DNA of 64,000 bases, taken from assembly GCA_965248925.1 (NCBI GenBank), contig CBDFLE010000006.1, positions 3,584,001 to 3,648,000 on the forward strand, read 5' to 3'. How positions within the stretch are numbered: position 1 is the first letter of the stretch; each line of letters opens with the position of its first letter. The notes beneath the pieces were generated by a model. That model was not told the origin of the DNA. It did no database searches and saw nothing but the letters and a program-made list of their open reading frames with translations. Position numbers and translations under genes: made by a program. The DNA comes from Candidatus Multivoradales bacterium. GTDB taxonomy: Bacteria > Acidobacteriota > Thermoanaerobaculia > Multivoradales > J023. Shown here one piece after another: positions 40,082 to 50,134 of the stretch.

Positions 40082-40295
40082 GCAGAGGCTTCGGGTGTCG
40101 AGCTTCTACCGCCCCGGTTGGCCGGCGGCACCTGCTCTGGAGCGGCCGTCGCCGCTCCTGCTGCTGGTGGGCTCGTGGCTGGCTGAGGCGGGGTTTGCTC
40201 CTGGGGATGAGGTGCGGGTGTCGGGGGGGGATGGGCGGTTGCAGGTCGTTCGGCGGGAGCTGGGCGAGAATACGCCGGCTTGGGGAGGGCGGTAG
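40074..40295 (+). CDS. SymE-family protein 2 (divergent)
   Basis: PLLLLVGSWLAEAGFAPGDEVRVSGGDGRLQV; overlaps the first symE stop. Confidence 0.65.
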   Translation: MCEQRLRVSSFYRPGWPAAPALERPSPLLLLVGSWLAEAGFAPGDEVRVSGGDGRLQVVRRELGENTPAWGGR

Positions 40296-40297
40296 GG

Positions 40298-43200
40298 GTG
40301 AGCAGGATTCCCGAAGCTGAGGTTGAGCGGCTAAAGCGAGAGGTGTCGGTGGAGCGCCTGGCCTTGGCCCGGGGGGTGAAGCTGAAGCGGCATGGAGCGG
40401 ACCTACTGGGGCTGTGCCCGTTTCACGACGACCGCGAGCCGTCGCTGGTGATCTCGCCGAAGAAGAATCTGTGGCACTGCCTGGGCGCCTGCCAGGCAGG
40501 CGGGTCGGTGATCGATTGGGTGATGCGGGATCGCGGGGTGTCGTTTCGCCACGCGGTGGAGCTGCTGCGCTCGGACCTGCCGGCGGCGGTCGCAGCGGCT
40601 CCGGCCACGGCTCCGGCTCTGCCGTCGCCGGTGGTGGCGGAGGCTGAGGATGCGGAGCTGCTCGGCCAGGTCGTCGGCTACTACCACGAAGCCTTGAAGG
40701 AGAGCCCGGAGGCGCTGGCTTACCTGGAGAGTCGGGGTTTGAAGCATCCGGAGATGATCGAGCATTTCCGGCTTGGCTTTGCCAATCGGACGCTGGGCTA
40801 CCGGCTGCCGCCGAAGCAGGTGAAGGCGGGCAAGGAGATGCGGGGTCGATTGCAGAAGCTCGGTGTGCTGCGCAAGTCGGGGCATGAGCACTTCAATGGC
40901 TCGATCGTCTTTCCGGTCTTCGATTCCACAGGCCAGGTGGCGGAGATGTACGGGCGCAAGATCACGCCGAATCTCCGGAAAGGAACGCCGCTGCATCTCT
41001 ACCTGCCGGGGCTGCACCGGGGCATCTTCAATCCGGAAGCTCTGGTGGCCTCGACCGAGATCATTCTCTGCGAGTCGCTGATCGACGCCTTGACCTTCTG
41101 GTGCGCGGGCTACCGCAACGTCACCAGCGCCTACGGCATCCAGGGCTTCACCGACGAGATGCTAGTGGCCTTTGGCGGTCATGGCACCCGCCGAGTGCTG
41201 ATTGCCTACGACCGGGACGACGCCGGCGAGAAGGCGGCCGGGAAGCTGGCCGAGCAGCTGATGGGTGCCGGGATCGACTGCTACCGAATCCACTTTCCGC
41301 GCGGCATGGACGCCAACGAGTACGCGCTGAAGGTGACCCCCGCCTCGAAGTCGCTGGGGGTGGCCATCCGCCGAGCACAGTGGCTCGGCAAAGGCAAGGC
41401 GCCCGAGGTGAAGCTGGGTTTTGAGCCCGTAGAGGGCGAGGTGGCGCCGCCAGCCGAGCCAACGACATCGCCACACACAGCCGCAGAGGCGGTATTGGTG
41501 CCGCCAGTCCCGGCCGAAGCCTCTCCGCTACCGCCGCCGCCACCGTCGGATGTGCCGGCCGAGGTGCGTGAGCAGGAGGTGGTGCTGTCGCTCGGCGATC
41601 GCCGCTATCGGATTCGCGGCCTGCCGAAGAATCTGGCCTACGACGTGCTCAAGGTCAACGTCCTGGCGTCGCAGGGTGACAGCTTCCACGTCGATACCTT
41701 CGATCTCTACTCGGCACGGCCGCGCTCGGTGTTTCAGCGAGCGGCGGCCGCTGAGCTGGGGGTCGAGGAGCAGGTGGTCAAGAAGGATCTGGGCAAGGTG
41801 CTCTTGAAGCTCGAGGAGCTGCAAGACGAGCAGATCCGCTCGGCGCTTGAGCCGCAGTCGGTGGCCATCGCGCTGTCGGAGGAAGAGAAGGAAGCGGCGC
41901 TTGAGCTGCTGCGCTCGCCGGAGCTGCTCCAGCGCATCCTTGAGGACTTCGAGCGCTGCGGGGTGGTGGGCGAGGAGGTCAACAAGCTGATGGGCTACCT
42001 GGCGGCTACCTCGCGCTTTCTGGAGCGCCCTTTGGCGGTGGTGGTGCAATCGAGCTCAGCGGCCGGCAAGTCGGCGCTGATGGAGGCGGTGCTGGCGCTG
42101 ATGCCGGGTGAGGAGCAAGTGAAGTACTCGGCGATGACCGGGCAATCGCTGTTCTACATGGGCGAGACGAACCTGCAGCACAAGATCTTGGCGATCGTCG
42201 AGGAGGAAGGCGCCGAGCGAGCGAGCTATGCGCTCAAGCTCCTGCAGTCGGAAGGTGAGCTGACGATTGCCTCGACTGGCAAGGACGCTTCAACGGGCAA
42301 GCTGGTGACGCACGAGTACCACGTCGAAGGGCCGGTGATGATCTTCTTGACGACCACGGCGATCGACATCGATGAGGAGCTGCTCAACCGCTGCCTGGTG
42401 CTGTCGGTAGACGAGGCGCGGGAGCAGACGCGGGCGATTCACCGGCTGCAGCGCGAGCGGCGGACCCTCGAAGGGCTGCTATCACGCACCAGGCGCGACG
42501 GGGTGACGGCATTACACCAGAACGCACAGCGGCTGCTGCGGCCGCTGGCCGTGGTCAATCCATTCGCTCCGGAGCTGACCTTTCTCGATACCCAGATCAG
42601 GACGCGGCGGGATCACGAGAAGTACCTGACGCTGATCGATGTGATTGCTCTCCTGCACCAGCACCAGCGGGAGGTGAAGCGGGCGGTGGTCGACGGGCGA
42701 GAGGTCGAGTACGTGGAGGTGGTGGCCACGGACATCGAGACCGCCAACCGCCTGGCGCACGAGGTGCTGGGGCGCTCGCTCGATGAGCTACCACCGCAGA
42801 CGCGGCGCTTGCTGGGGCTGATCGACGCGATGGTCAGCGAAGCCTGCGAAGCGCTGGCGATGGATCGCCCGGACTACCGCTTCAGCCGGCGAGCGGTGCG
42901 CGAGCACACCGGCTGGGGCAACACGCAGCTGAAGCTGCACCTGCGCCGTCTCGAGGAGCTGGAGTATCTGCTGGTGCATCAGGGTGGGCGGGGGCAGAGC
43001 TTCGTCTACGAGCTGGTCTACGTGGCCGGCGACGAGTCCGAGCGGCCGCGACTGCCGGGGCTGATCGAGGTCGAAGCACTCCGGTACGACGGAAAGAAGT
43101 CGGGCCAGGCTGGCGAGAAGTCGGGGCCAAGTCGGCCCCAAGTCGGGGGGGTATCGGGGGGTGGTCGGGGTGCAGTTTCCCCAGCAGAATCAACAGCTTC

Positions 43201-43318
43201 GGCCGGAAATCGTGGGGTTTCGTCGAAAAACGCACATAGGGGGGTGCAAGAAAACGGCTCGTCATATCGTAAATCAACACGTCGTACCCACGACTCAGAG
43301 ACGGCCGAGAGTGCGTGA
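40298..43318 (+). CDS. CHC2 zinc-finger/TOPRIM primase fused to a P-loop NTPase (primase-helicase)
   Basis: GLCPFHDD..WHCLGAC, CESLIDAL, AYDRDDAG, SSSAAGKS Walker A. Confidence 0.88.
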   Translation: MSRIPEAEVERLKREVSVERLALARGVKLKRHGADLLGLCPFHDDREPSLVISPKKNLWHCLGACQAGGSVIDWVMRDRGVSFRHAVELLRSDLPAAVAAAPATAPALPSPVVAEAEDAELLGQVVGYYHEALKESPEALAYLESRGLKHPEMIEHFRLGFANRTLGYRLPPKQVKAGKEMRGRLQKLGVLRKSGHEHFNGSIVFPVFDSTGQVAEMYGRKITPNLRKGTPLHLYLPGLHRGIFNPEALVASTEIILCESLIDALTFWCAGYRNVTSAYGIQGFTDEMLVAFGGHGTRRVLIAYDRDDAGEKAAGKLAEQLMGAGIDCYRIHFPRGMDANEYALKVTPASKSLGVAIRRAQWLGKGKAPEVKLGFEPVEGEVAPPAEPTTSPHTAAEAVLVPPVPAEASPLPPPPPSDVPAEVREQEVVLSLGDRRYRIRGLPKNLAYDVLKVNVLASQGDSFHVDTFDLYSARPRSVFQRAAAAELGVEEQVVKKDLGKVLLKLEELQDEQIRSALEPQSVAIALSEEEKEAALELLRSPELLQRILEDFERCGVVGEEVNKLMGYLAATSRFLERPLAVVVQSSSAAGKSALMEAVLALMPGEEQVKYSAMTGQSLFYMGETNLQHKILAIVEEEGAERASYALKLLQSEGELTIASTGKDASTGKLVTHEYHVEGPVMIFLTTTAIDIDEELLNRCLVLSVDEAREQTRAIHRLQRERRTLEGLLSRTRRDGVTALHQNAQRLLRPLAVVNPFAPELTFLDTQIRTRRDHEKYLTLIDVIALLHQHQREVKRAVVDGREVEYVEVVATDIETANRLAHEVLGRSLDELPPQTRRLLGLIDAMVSEACEALAMDRPDYRFSRRAVREHTGWGNTQLKLHLRRLEELEYLLVHQGGRGQSFVYELVYVAGDESERPRLPGLIEVEALRYDGKKSGQAGEKSGPSRPQVGGVSGGGRGAVSPAESTASAGNRGVSSKNAHRGVQENGSSYRKSTRRTHDSETAESA
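43097..43170 (+). repeat. Helically phased TCGG repeats at the primase 3' end
   Basis: TCGG at 43121, 43132, 43143, 43154, 43165 (11-bp period) plus 43100. Confidence 0.75.
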
Positions 43319-44391
43319 TGGCGCGCCGTGGTCAGCGCAAGATCCGCCTCTTGCCGGGTGATCCTACTGATCCCAGAGGTTTCATGGTGATGGTTAGCAA
43401 GTACCTGGAGTGGATGGCGGTCAAGAGCTACTCACCGCACACCATCGAGGCCCGCCACCTCTACCTCAGCCACCTCATCATCTGGTGTGAGCAGCGCGGG
43501 GTAACGCGGCCGGCGGAGGTGACCAAGCCGATCCTGGAGCGCTACGCGCAGTGGCTCTACCACTACCGCAAGCCCGCGAACGGACGACCCTTGAGCTTTC
43601 GCACGCAGCTCACGCGGCTAGTGCCGGTGCGCGCCTTCTTCAAGTGGGCGGCACGGGCCAATTACTTGCTCTACAACCCGGCCTCGGAGCTAGAGCTGCC
43701 GAAGCCAGAGCAGCGGCTGCCGGCAGCGGTGCTCACTGCCGCAGAAGCCGACCAGGTGCTCAACCAGCCGGACACGATGGACCCGCTTGGCTTGCGGGAC
43801 AGAGCGATCCTCGAAGTCTTCTACTCGACCGGCATACGCCGGGCCGAGATGATCGGGCTGGGGCGCTACGATCTCGACGTCAACCGGGAAACGCTGATGG
43901 TGCGTCAGGGCAAGGGACGCAAGGACCGGATGATCCCCCTCGGCGAGCGGGCGCTGGCCTGGGTCGACCGCTACGTCACCGAGGTACGGCCCCATCTGGT
44001 GGTCGAGCCGGACGATGGAGCGCTCTTTCTCACCAACGATGGAATGTCCTTCACGACGTCATGGATGACCCCGCTGGTGCGCGGTTACGTGGTGGCCGCC
44101 GATATCGGCAAACCGGGCGCCTGCCACCTCTTTCGCCACACCATGGCGACGCTGATGCTCGAAGGTGGGGCGGATATCCGCTTTGTCCAGCAGATGCTCG
44201 GCCACGCCAGGCTAGAGACGACGCAGATCTACACTCAGGTCTCGATCCGCAAGCTGAGAGAGATTCACGCCACAACGCATCCGGGGGCGAAGCTGGGGAG
44301 CCGGGTGGTGCAGTCGGCGGAAGAAGACGGTAGCAATGAAGTGACCGCCGAGGACTTACTCGATGCGGTGGAGGAAGAAGCGGAGGACTGA
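43318..44391 (+). CDS. XerC/D-like tyrosine recombinase
   Basis: RDRAILEVFYSTGIR, GKGRKDR, HLFRH, LGH...TTQIY catalytic set. Confidence 0.93.
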   Translation: MARRGQRKIRLLPGDPTDPRGFMVMVSKYLEWMAVKSYSPHTIEARHLYLSHLIIWCEQRGVTRPAEVTKPILERYAQWLYHYRKPANGRPLSFRTQLTRLVPVRAFFKWAARANYLLYNPASELELPKPEQRLPAAVLTAAEADQVLNQPDTMDPLGLRDRAILEVFYSTGIRRAEMIGLGRYDLDVNRETLMVRQGKGRKDRMIPLGERALAWVDRYVTEVRPHLVVEPDDGALFLTNDGMSFTTSWMTPLVRGYVVAADIGKPGACHLFRHTMATLMLEGGADIRFVQQMLGHARLETTQIYTQVSIRKLREIHATTHPGAKLGSRVVQSAEEDGSNEVTAEDLLDAVEEEAED

Positions 44392-44806
44392 CCCTGCCCC
44401 CCACCCGAAGCGGTCCGGGTCTCCGTGCTCGGGCTGCGGCCGGCCTGGCGGCCGTCCTCCGCTCCTGCGCGCGCAGCCCTCGGCTGTGTTTGTTTTCTCA
44501 CCCCTGCCCGCCCCGGTCCGAGCGTCCGTGATCCACCGCCCGTACCCTCCGGTCACCGGCCCAGAGCGGGGCTTCAAGTAGTCCAAGAAAAGAGTCTTCG
44601 AAAGCTCACCCCAAGCTCCGCCGAGGCGTGTGTCCCTCCGGTCGCTACGCTCCCTGCGGGCACGGGCCAGCCGCTGCGGCAAGCCGGGCGCCCGCCGGCC
44701 CCCACCCCTGGCCCTCCGTCGGTCACCCGGCTTGCAATCTCCGCTGTCCGATAGTGCGCCACTATCCGACCTGGCCCTCACAAGCCCCGGCTCCGGGCCT
44801 GCGGCC

Positions 44807-44832
44807 TTTCCATAACGCGTGCATTATGGAAA
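44807..44832. other. dif/cer-like inverted-repeat site
   Basis: TTTCCATAA-cgcgtgca-TTATGGAAA; a second palindrome gtccgatagtg-cgc-cactatccgac at 44746-44770. Confidence 0.6.
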
Positions 44833-45596
44833 CTTGGGGTGAGCACGCTGGTGGCCTGCGGTGGTCAGCGGCTTCGGAACCACGCCCCGCTCTGGGCCTC
44901 CTTGCCGAGATCCACCAGCCAGCACTCAGGCGGCTCGGGCCGGACACCCGTCCGCCCCCTCAAGGGGGCTCCCCATCCTCCTCCCAAGACCCACCCGGCG
45001 CCAGGTCCTCCGTACCCTGCGCGCGGCGCCCTGCGGTCGCCGTGCTCAGCTCCGGCCCCACCGCCACCCACCCGAGAAGAAGACCCCCGCCCACCCCGTC
45101 CACCAGCTGCGCTCATGGCCGGCCGCCCCCACGCACCCAACGTGCAGCTTGGCTTGCCGGCTACGCCGCCGGCACCAAACTGCCGGGAAGACCCGCACTC
45201 GCTGCGACGATCAGCCCGACGAAAACGACCTAAGAAAACACCCACCGCCCGAAGAACACAGCCTAAGAAAACCGCATCCCGCCCCACCGCACCAACCACC
45301 CTCCCTCCTTTAGCCGCCGTCTTCGAGCACCAACAGCGGCGTAGAATGGCCCAGCATGAGGCAGGCAGCTAAAGGAAGAAGCATCTGGCGATCGCGCTCG
45401 GCTTGGTCGTCGTGCTTCTGGCCGTGACGATACCGGCGGCAGTGATCGCATCGGCGATGCACCGAGCTACGCCAAAACTCGCCTCTGGGTCTTCGAGAGC
45501 CAAGACCCCGCAGGCATCAGGTACGAGCGAGCTTAAGTGCAAACAGCTCTATGGGATACGTCGCGTCTTGCCCGAAACTTGCGTCGGGGTGTCCAC

Positions 45597-47757
45597 TTTG
45601 AGCAAACGCATCGGTGGCTCCACCGAATTCGACCTCGACTACTTCTACGATCCAGCCGGACGCCTGATCCGAGTTGACGAGAGCAACGGTGGCTCGCCGC
45701 GCAAGCTCAAGGAGTTCCGCTACGGCCGCAAGAACGTCGGTGCCGACAAGCGGGCCGGCAAGCTGGTGCAGACCACCCGCCACAATTGGGTGGATCTGGT
45801 GAATCCGCTGAACGCCAATCCTGGCTTCCTCGATGTCCGAATCTCCGAGAGCTTCGTCTACGCGGGTCGTGGCGGCCGGATGTCCGAGCGCCAGACCCGC
45901 TATCAGCTCGGCGTCGGTCACTACGCCTTCCAGAGTGGGTTCTCCTATGACCTGCAAGGCAACCTCGCGACCCTCGACTATCCCGACTGTCTGCACACCA
46001 ACGACAGCTGCGACCAGGTCAGCCCACCGCGGCAGGTGAGCTTCGCTTACGACAAAGGCTTCCTCACCGCGGTGCCCGGCTTCGCCTCCAGCCTCAGCTA
46101 CCAGAGCGGCGGCATGCTGACCCAGATCAGCCACCAGAGCGGCATCACCGAAACTCGCCAGGTCGATCCCTCCGGCCTCGCCCGGCCCGAGCGCATCTCC
46201 ACCAACGCCGGCTGGGACACTGGCACCTTCGACTACGATGGATCGGGCAACATCCACCGAATCGGCTCGCTGCAATACCGCTATGATCGTCTGCAGCGGC
46301 TGGTCAGCGGCGAAGCCAAGGTGGGCAGCAGCGACCGCCTACAAACCGCGTCGTATGACAACTTCGGCAACCTCACGCAGATGATCACCAACGGCGCAAG
46401 CCAGAGCATGAGCCCGAGCAGCGCCACCAACCGCCTCGGTCTCAGCGGCACCACCTATGACGCTGGCGGCAACCTGACCCGCGTGCGTTACAGTAGCTCG
46501 GAGATCTACGAGTACACGTACGACGCCGCCAACATGATGAAACACCTGCAATCCAACACCGACCAGGCGAGCGTGTACATCTACAACGCTGATGACGAGC
46601 GCATCGTCACCTTCAGCTGCTTCAGCGCCGCCGGCAGCAGCTGCGTCAGTAGCCCGGCCAGCGAGACCTGGACCCTGCGCGGGCTGGGCAACGAGGTGCT
46701 GCGGGTCTTTAGCCATCCACGTGGGGAGAGCTTCGAGTGGGAGCGCGACTACGTCTATCGGGGTGGACAGCTCCTAACCTCGGTAGACCCGGACGCCAGT
46801 GGTGTCGAGGAGACCTTCAGTTTCCATCTTGATCATCTCGGCACGCCGCGGCAGGTAACGAAGAGTGGTAGCCAGGTGGCGCTGCACAGCTACTATCCGT
46901 TTGGGCAGGAGGCGACCAGCGCTAGCTCAGACGAGTTTCAGCTGAAGTTTACCGGGCATGAGCGGGATCAGAACGGGGTGGGGGCGAAGAGCGAGCTGGA
47001 CTACATGCATGCCAGGCATTGCAGTCCGGTGGTGGGGAGGTTCTTGGCAGTTGATCCTGTCCGGGGAAAACAGGCGTTGCCTCAGAGCTGGAACCGATTC
47101 TCCTATGTCCTGAATAATCCCCTTGCCTATACCGATCCAGAAGGAGAGCGGACGGCGGCGCAGCTAGGACAGGCCGGGCAGGACTTGCTCTTCGATCTGA
47201 CTGAGGAGGCGACGGCCCGCACGGGAGTGGGTCCGCTTAGTGTTGCTGTCGACACAGCCCTCGGAATGGGTCGAGATCTTGCGAGTGGTGTTCTCGACAT
47301 CATGAAGGCTGGTGACGGGATTGGCACCGTTCTTGGGGGCGGAGCGACCGGCGGGGCAGCAGTGCTCGAGATCGGCAAGGATGTTCTCAGGGTCTCTGCG
47401 TTGGCTGGGGGCGGAGCGGTTGTTGTTCGCTCAGCAGCAAAGAAAAGCCTTGTTTCAGGGGGAGAAGCGGCTCTGTCTAAAGCGGCGGGGGCAGCTGACC
47501 GCAATGGGCTAACAAAGGCAGGACGGTCTCTTCAAAAGCATTCGTCCAGACCGGGTAGCGCATTCAATACATCGGCCACACGGGCTAAGGATCTGAACGC
47601 TGCGGGCCAGTCCGTTGTCGATGACATTCTTACGGCACCTGGGTCGATCCAGAGAACAAACCGCCTCGGGGGTGTCGATGTCGGCCTACCAAACGGCCGA
47701 GGTATTCGCTACAACGCGGACGGGTCGTTCCGGAATTTCTTGGAGCCGAACGGATAG
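45597..47757 (+). CDS. Orphan Rhs 3' cassette carrying CT1 (no native N-terminus)
   Basis: Rhs homology starts abruptly at tttgagcaaacgc; same toxin tip as Rhs 1. Confidence 0.85.
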
Positions 47758-47763
47758 CTGGCC

Positions 47764-48006
47764 ATGGAAAGCGGTGATTTTGAAGTTCAGGTAATGGATG
47801 ATCCAGACCACGAGGATCTCATTGCCGAGGTTCTCTACAAGGGGGAGTTTTGTTTCTTGATAAGCCAGGAGACAGGTTTTCGGAATCTGGAGATTCAGGT
47901 CCAGAGTCGGCAATCAGGCCAACCATGGCGGTTCAGTGTGGCTGAGATGGAGGACTCGATCAAACGAGCCAAGAAGCGCCTTTGGGAGCTGCAGCGTGTC
48001 GAGTGA
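47764..48006 (+). CDS. Putative CT1 immunity protein (copy 2)
   Basis: Identical translation to 39033-39275. Confidence 0.75.
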   Translation: MESGDFEVQVMDDPDHEDLIAEVLYKGEFCFLISQETGFRNLEIQVQSRQSGQPWRFSVAEMEDSIKRAKKRLWELQRVE

Positions 48007-48079
48007 TTGACACCGTCCTGGCCTAGTACAAGCCGCTTCGCATCAGCCCGGCTCCGGCCGGGCTTTCGTGCGTCTGGCT

Positions 48080-48442
48080 TCAGGTCGTGGCGTAGGACTG
48101 CCGGGTTCGCGCATCGCGGATGAGTCCGTCGACCAAGTAGAGGATCCGGTCGCGATCTTCTCCAGAGATCTCTTCGAGGGCCTTCCAGCGGTCGAGCATC
48201 TCGCGGTCCTGGAGAGCGTGCGGCAAGGAGTTCTCGTTGACGAGGTAATCGACGGTGACCCCAAAGATGCTGGCCAGCTTGCGTGCAACCTCGACCGAAG
48301 GTGTCATGGCCCCTCGCTCGTAGCGCCCAATGATGGTTCCCGAAGTACCGAGCTTCTCGCCAAGTACAGGTTGGGACCACCCCTTGCTCTTCCTCAGCTC
48401 GTGAATTCGGTGTCCGAGAGGGCTGTCGGATCGCTTTGCCAT
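48080..48442 (-). CDS. XRE-family repressor (copy 2)
   Basis: Identical translation to 39349-39711. Confidence 0.9.
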   Translation of the reverse strand: MAKRSDSPLGHRIHELRKSKGWSQPVLGEKLGTSGTIIGRYERGAMTPSVEVARKLASIFGVTVDYLVNENSLPHALQDREMLDRWKALEEISGEDRDRILYLVDGLIRDARTRQSYATT

Positions 48443-48599
48443 GACCTAATCATCCTGAAATCAACGGTTTTGGCTCCTAACACATCACATTAGCGGACGT
48501 TTTCGTGCTGGTCAAGACGGCAGGGGCTTGACAGTTAGTAGACGAATCGGTCATCATCGGGACGAAAAGGTTCTGATGAAGAAAATCGAGGAGAGCAAA

Positions 48600-48687
48600 A
48601 TGATCGACCGCACCCTGACCATCTCCAGCCTCTACCCGTCCTCATCGGCTCCCTCGGGCTGGCGCTCGGTGCGCCAGGCTCGTCGGC
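48600..48687 (+). pseudogene. Truncated symE copy
   Basis: Matches 39869-39956, then breaks at the RAYT-flanking motif. Confidence 0.8.
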
Positions 48688-48710
48688 CAGAGAAATAGGT
48701 GCCAGGCACA

Positions 48711-49652
48711 TTATGAAGAGTCAGAAGGGGTGTTGGTGTCAACGAATTTTGGTCTTGGCGGGAAGGAGTTTTCAGGAAATCCGCTAGGTGCTCCACGGCT
48801 TCGAAGTTTCTCCGCGGCCGTACGGTATGCAGTGAGGAATTCGCCCAAGGCCAAGCGCATCGCGTGCCGGACTTTCTTCCGATAGACGTGAAAGAAGGGG
48901 GGTGGGTTTGTCGGTTGCTGGCCGGGGCGTCGATGTGTCTGCTGCTGGCCGACGAGGAATGCGCCGAGGGGCTCGGTTCCTCGGTCTTGATGGAGTCTTG
49001 CAGTATCTCTCTCGATCTTCTCGATGAGTTCCAAGATGTGTTGCTGCCGAGCTTCTGGCGCAAGATGCTTCCAGCATGGCAGGGTGTCGAGCTTTAACTC
49101 GACGTCGGTTTCGAAGTCGGACTCCTCGGTGTCGGCCTCGCGCTGGCTCGCCGCCCATTGCCGAGTGCGGTCGATCCAGATTCCCCTCAGCGGATAGCCC
49201 GTCAGGAGCGCTCCTGCGCAGTGGGCTCCCGGCCACTCGAGGGGTGACATCACGAGACTTTTTTTGCACCCTTGAGAGAGGATGTATTCGAGGCGCTTGA
49301 TCTGAGCTTCCTCTTCGTCGCTGACCGGAATCATGGTGTAGCGCCGGTCGAACATCGAGCCGGGCCAGTCGTGGAGACGACCTATTTCTTTGGCTATGTT
49401 GGTCTTGAGGTGTCCCATAAATCGCGCAATCTGTTCGACGGTGGCCGGTGAAGCGAGTAGGTGGAAGTGATTTGAGAGGACGGCGATCGCCTGGACGGCG
49501 AGCTCGGTTTCTTGCTGGGCTTTGGCAAGAATTCCGATTAGAAGCTGATTGAGACGCCGGCTCGGTCGTAGGAGGTAGCGCCCTTGCAGAGTCCGCTGGG
49601 TGATCTCGACCAAGCAGCCGGGACGCGGCAAGTAGCGTGGTAAACGTGGCAT
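48711..49652 (-). CDS. HUH/Y1 transposase, REP-associated (RAYT-like)
   Basis: MPRLPR...EITQRT, AVLSNHFHLL (HUH), FDRRY, YIL..G....LV..P.EWP; start overlaps the comM stop (TGATG). Confidence 0.8.
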   Translation of the reverse strand: MPRLPRYLPRPGCLVEITQRTLQGRYLLRPSRRLNQLLIGILAKAQQETELAVQAIAVLSNHFHLLASPATVEQIARFMGHLKTNIAKEIGRLHDWPGSMFDRRYTMIPVSDEEEAQIKRLEYILSQGCKKSLVMSPLEWPGAHCAGALLTGYPLRGIWIDRTRQWAASQREADTEESDFETDVELKLDTLPCWKHLAPEARQQHILELIEKIERDTARLHQDRGTEPLGAFLVGQQQTHRRPGQQPTNPPPFFHVYRKKVRHAMRLALGEFLTAYRTAAEKLRSRGAPSGFPENSFPPRPKFVDTNTPSDSS

Positions 49653-50134
49653 CAGCCTCGCTCCGATCGCTGGTCCAGGCTGCGGTATTGAATGGCCTCG
49701 GCGGCATGCGCTGCCCGAATCTCCGCCGAACTGTCGAGGTCGGCGATGGTGCGGGATAGCTTGAGGATGCGGCTGAGTGCCCGTGCCGACAGCTTGAGCT
49801 TGTCGAAGGCGGTGTCGACCAAGCGCTGGGCATCGGGCGCTAGCACGCAATGCTGCTCGATGCCGTCGCTCCCCAGGGAGGCATTGACCGGCAGGTCCGT
49901 CTGGGAGCCGAATCTACTGCGCTGGATCTCTCTCGCCTGGCGCACTCTCCACGCTACTTCCCGAGTCCCTTCGGTGGCTTCGCTGCGCAACTCGGCAAGG
50001 CTCACCGCGGGTACCTCGACATGCATGTCGATGCGGTCGAGCAGCGGCCCTGAGACCCGACTGCGATAGCGCTCGATCATCTGTGGCGAGCATTTGCAGT
50101 GATGCCGATCGTCCCCCAAATGCCCGCACTTGCA
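49652..50134 (-). pseudogene. comM: 3' fragment of ComM/YifB (copy 2, native stop retained)
   Basis: Same as copy 1, ends YRSLDQRSERG*. Confidence 0.88.

Noticed and set aside
39349-44391. Prophage or conjugative element
   Set aside because: No structural, terminase, lysis, relaxase or T4SS genes; a helper-dependent satellite is not excluded.
43318-48006. Integron (integrase plus cassette array)
   Set aside because: Recombinase looks Xer-like without an evident IntI insertion, and no attC sites were seen; cassettes are bounded by rhs homology.
49653-49850. N-terminal extension of the HUH transposase in the ORF track
   Set aside because: Overlaps comM in another frame; the family-like start MPRLPR is at 49652.
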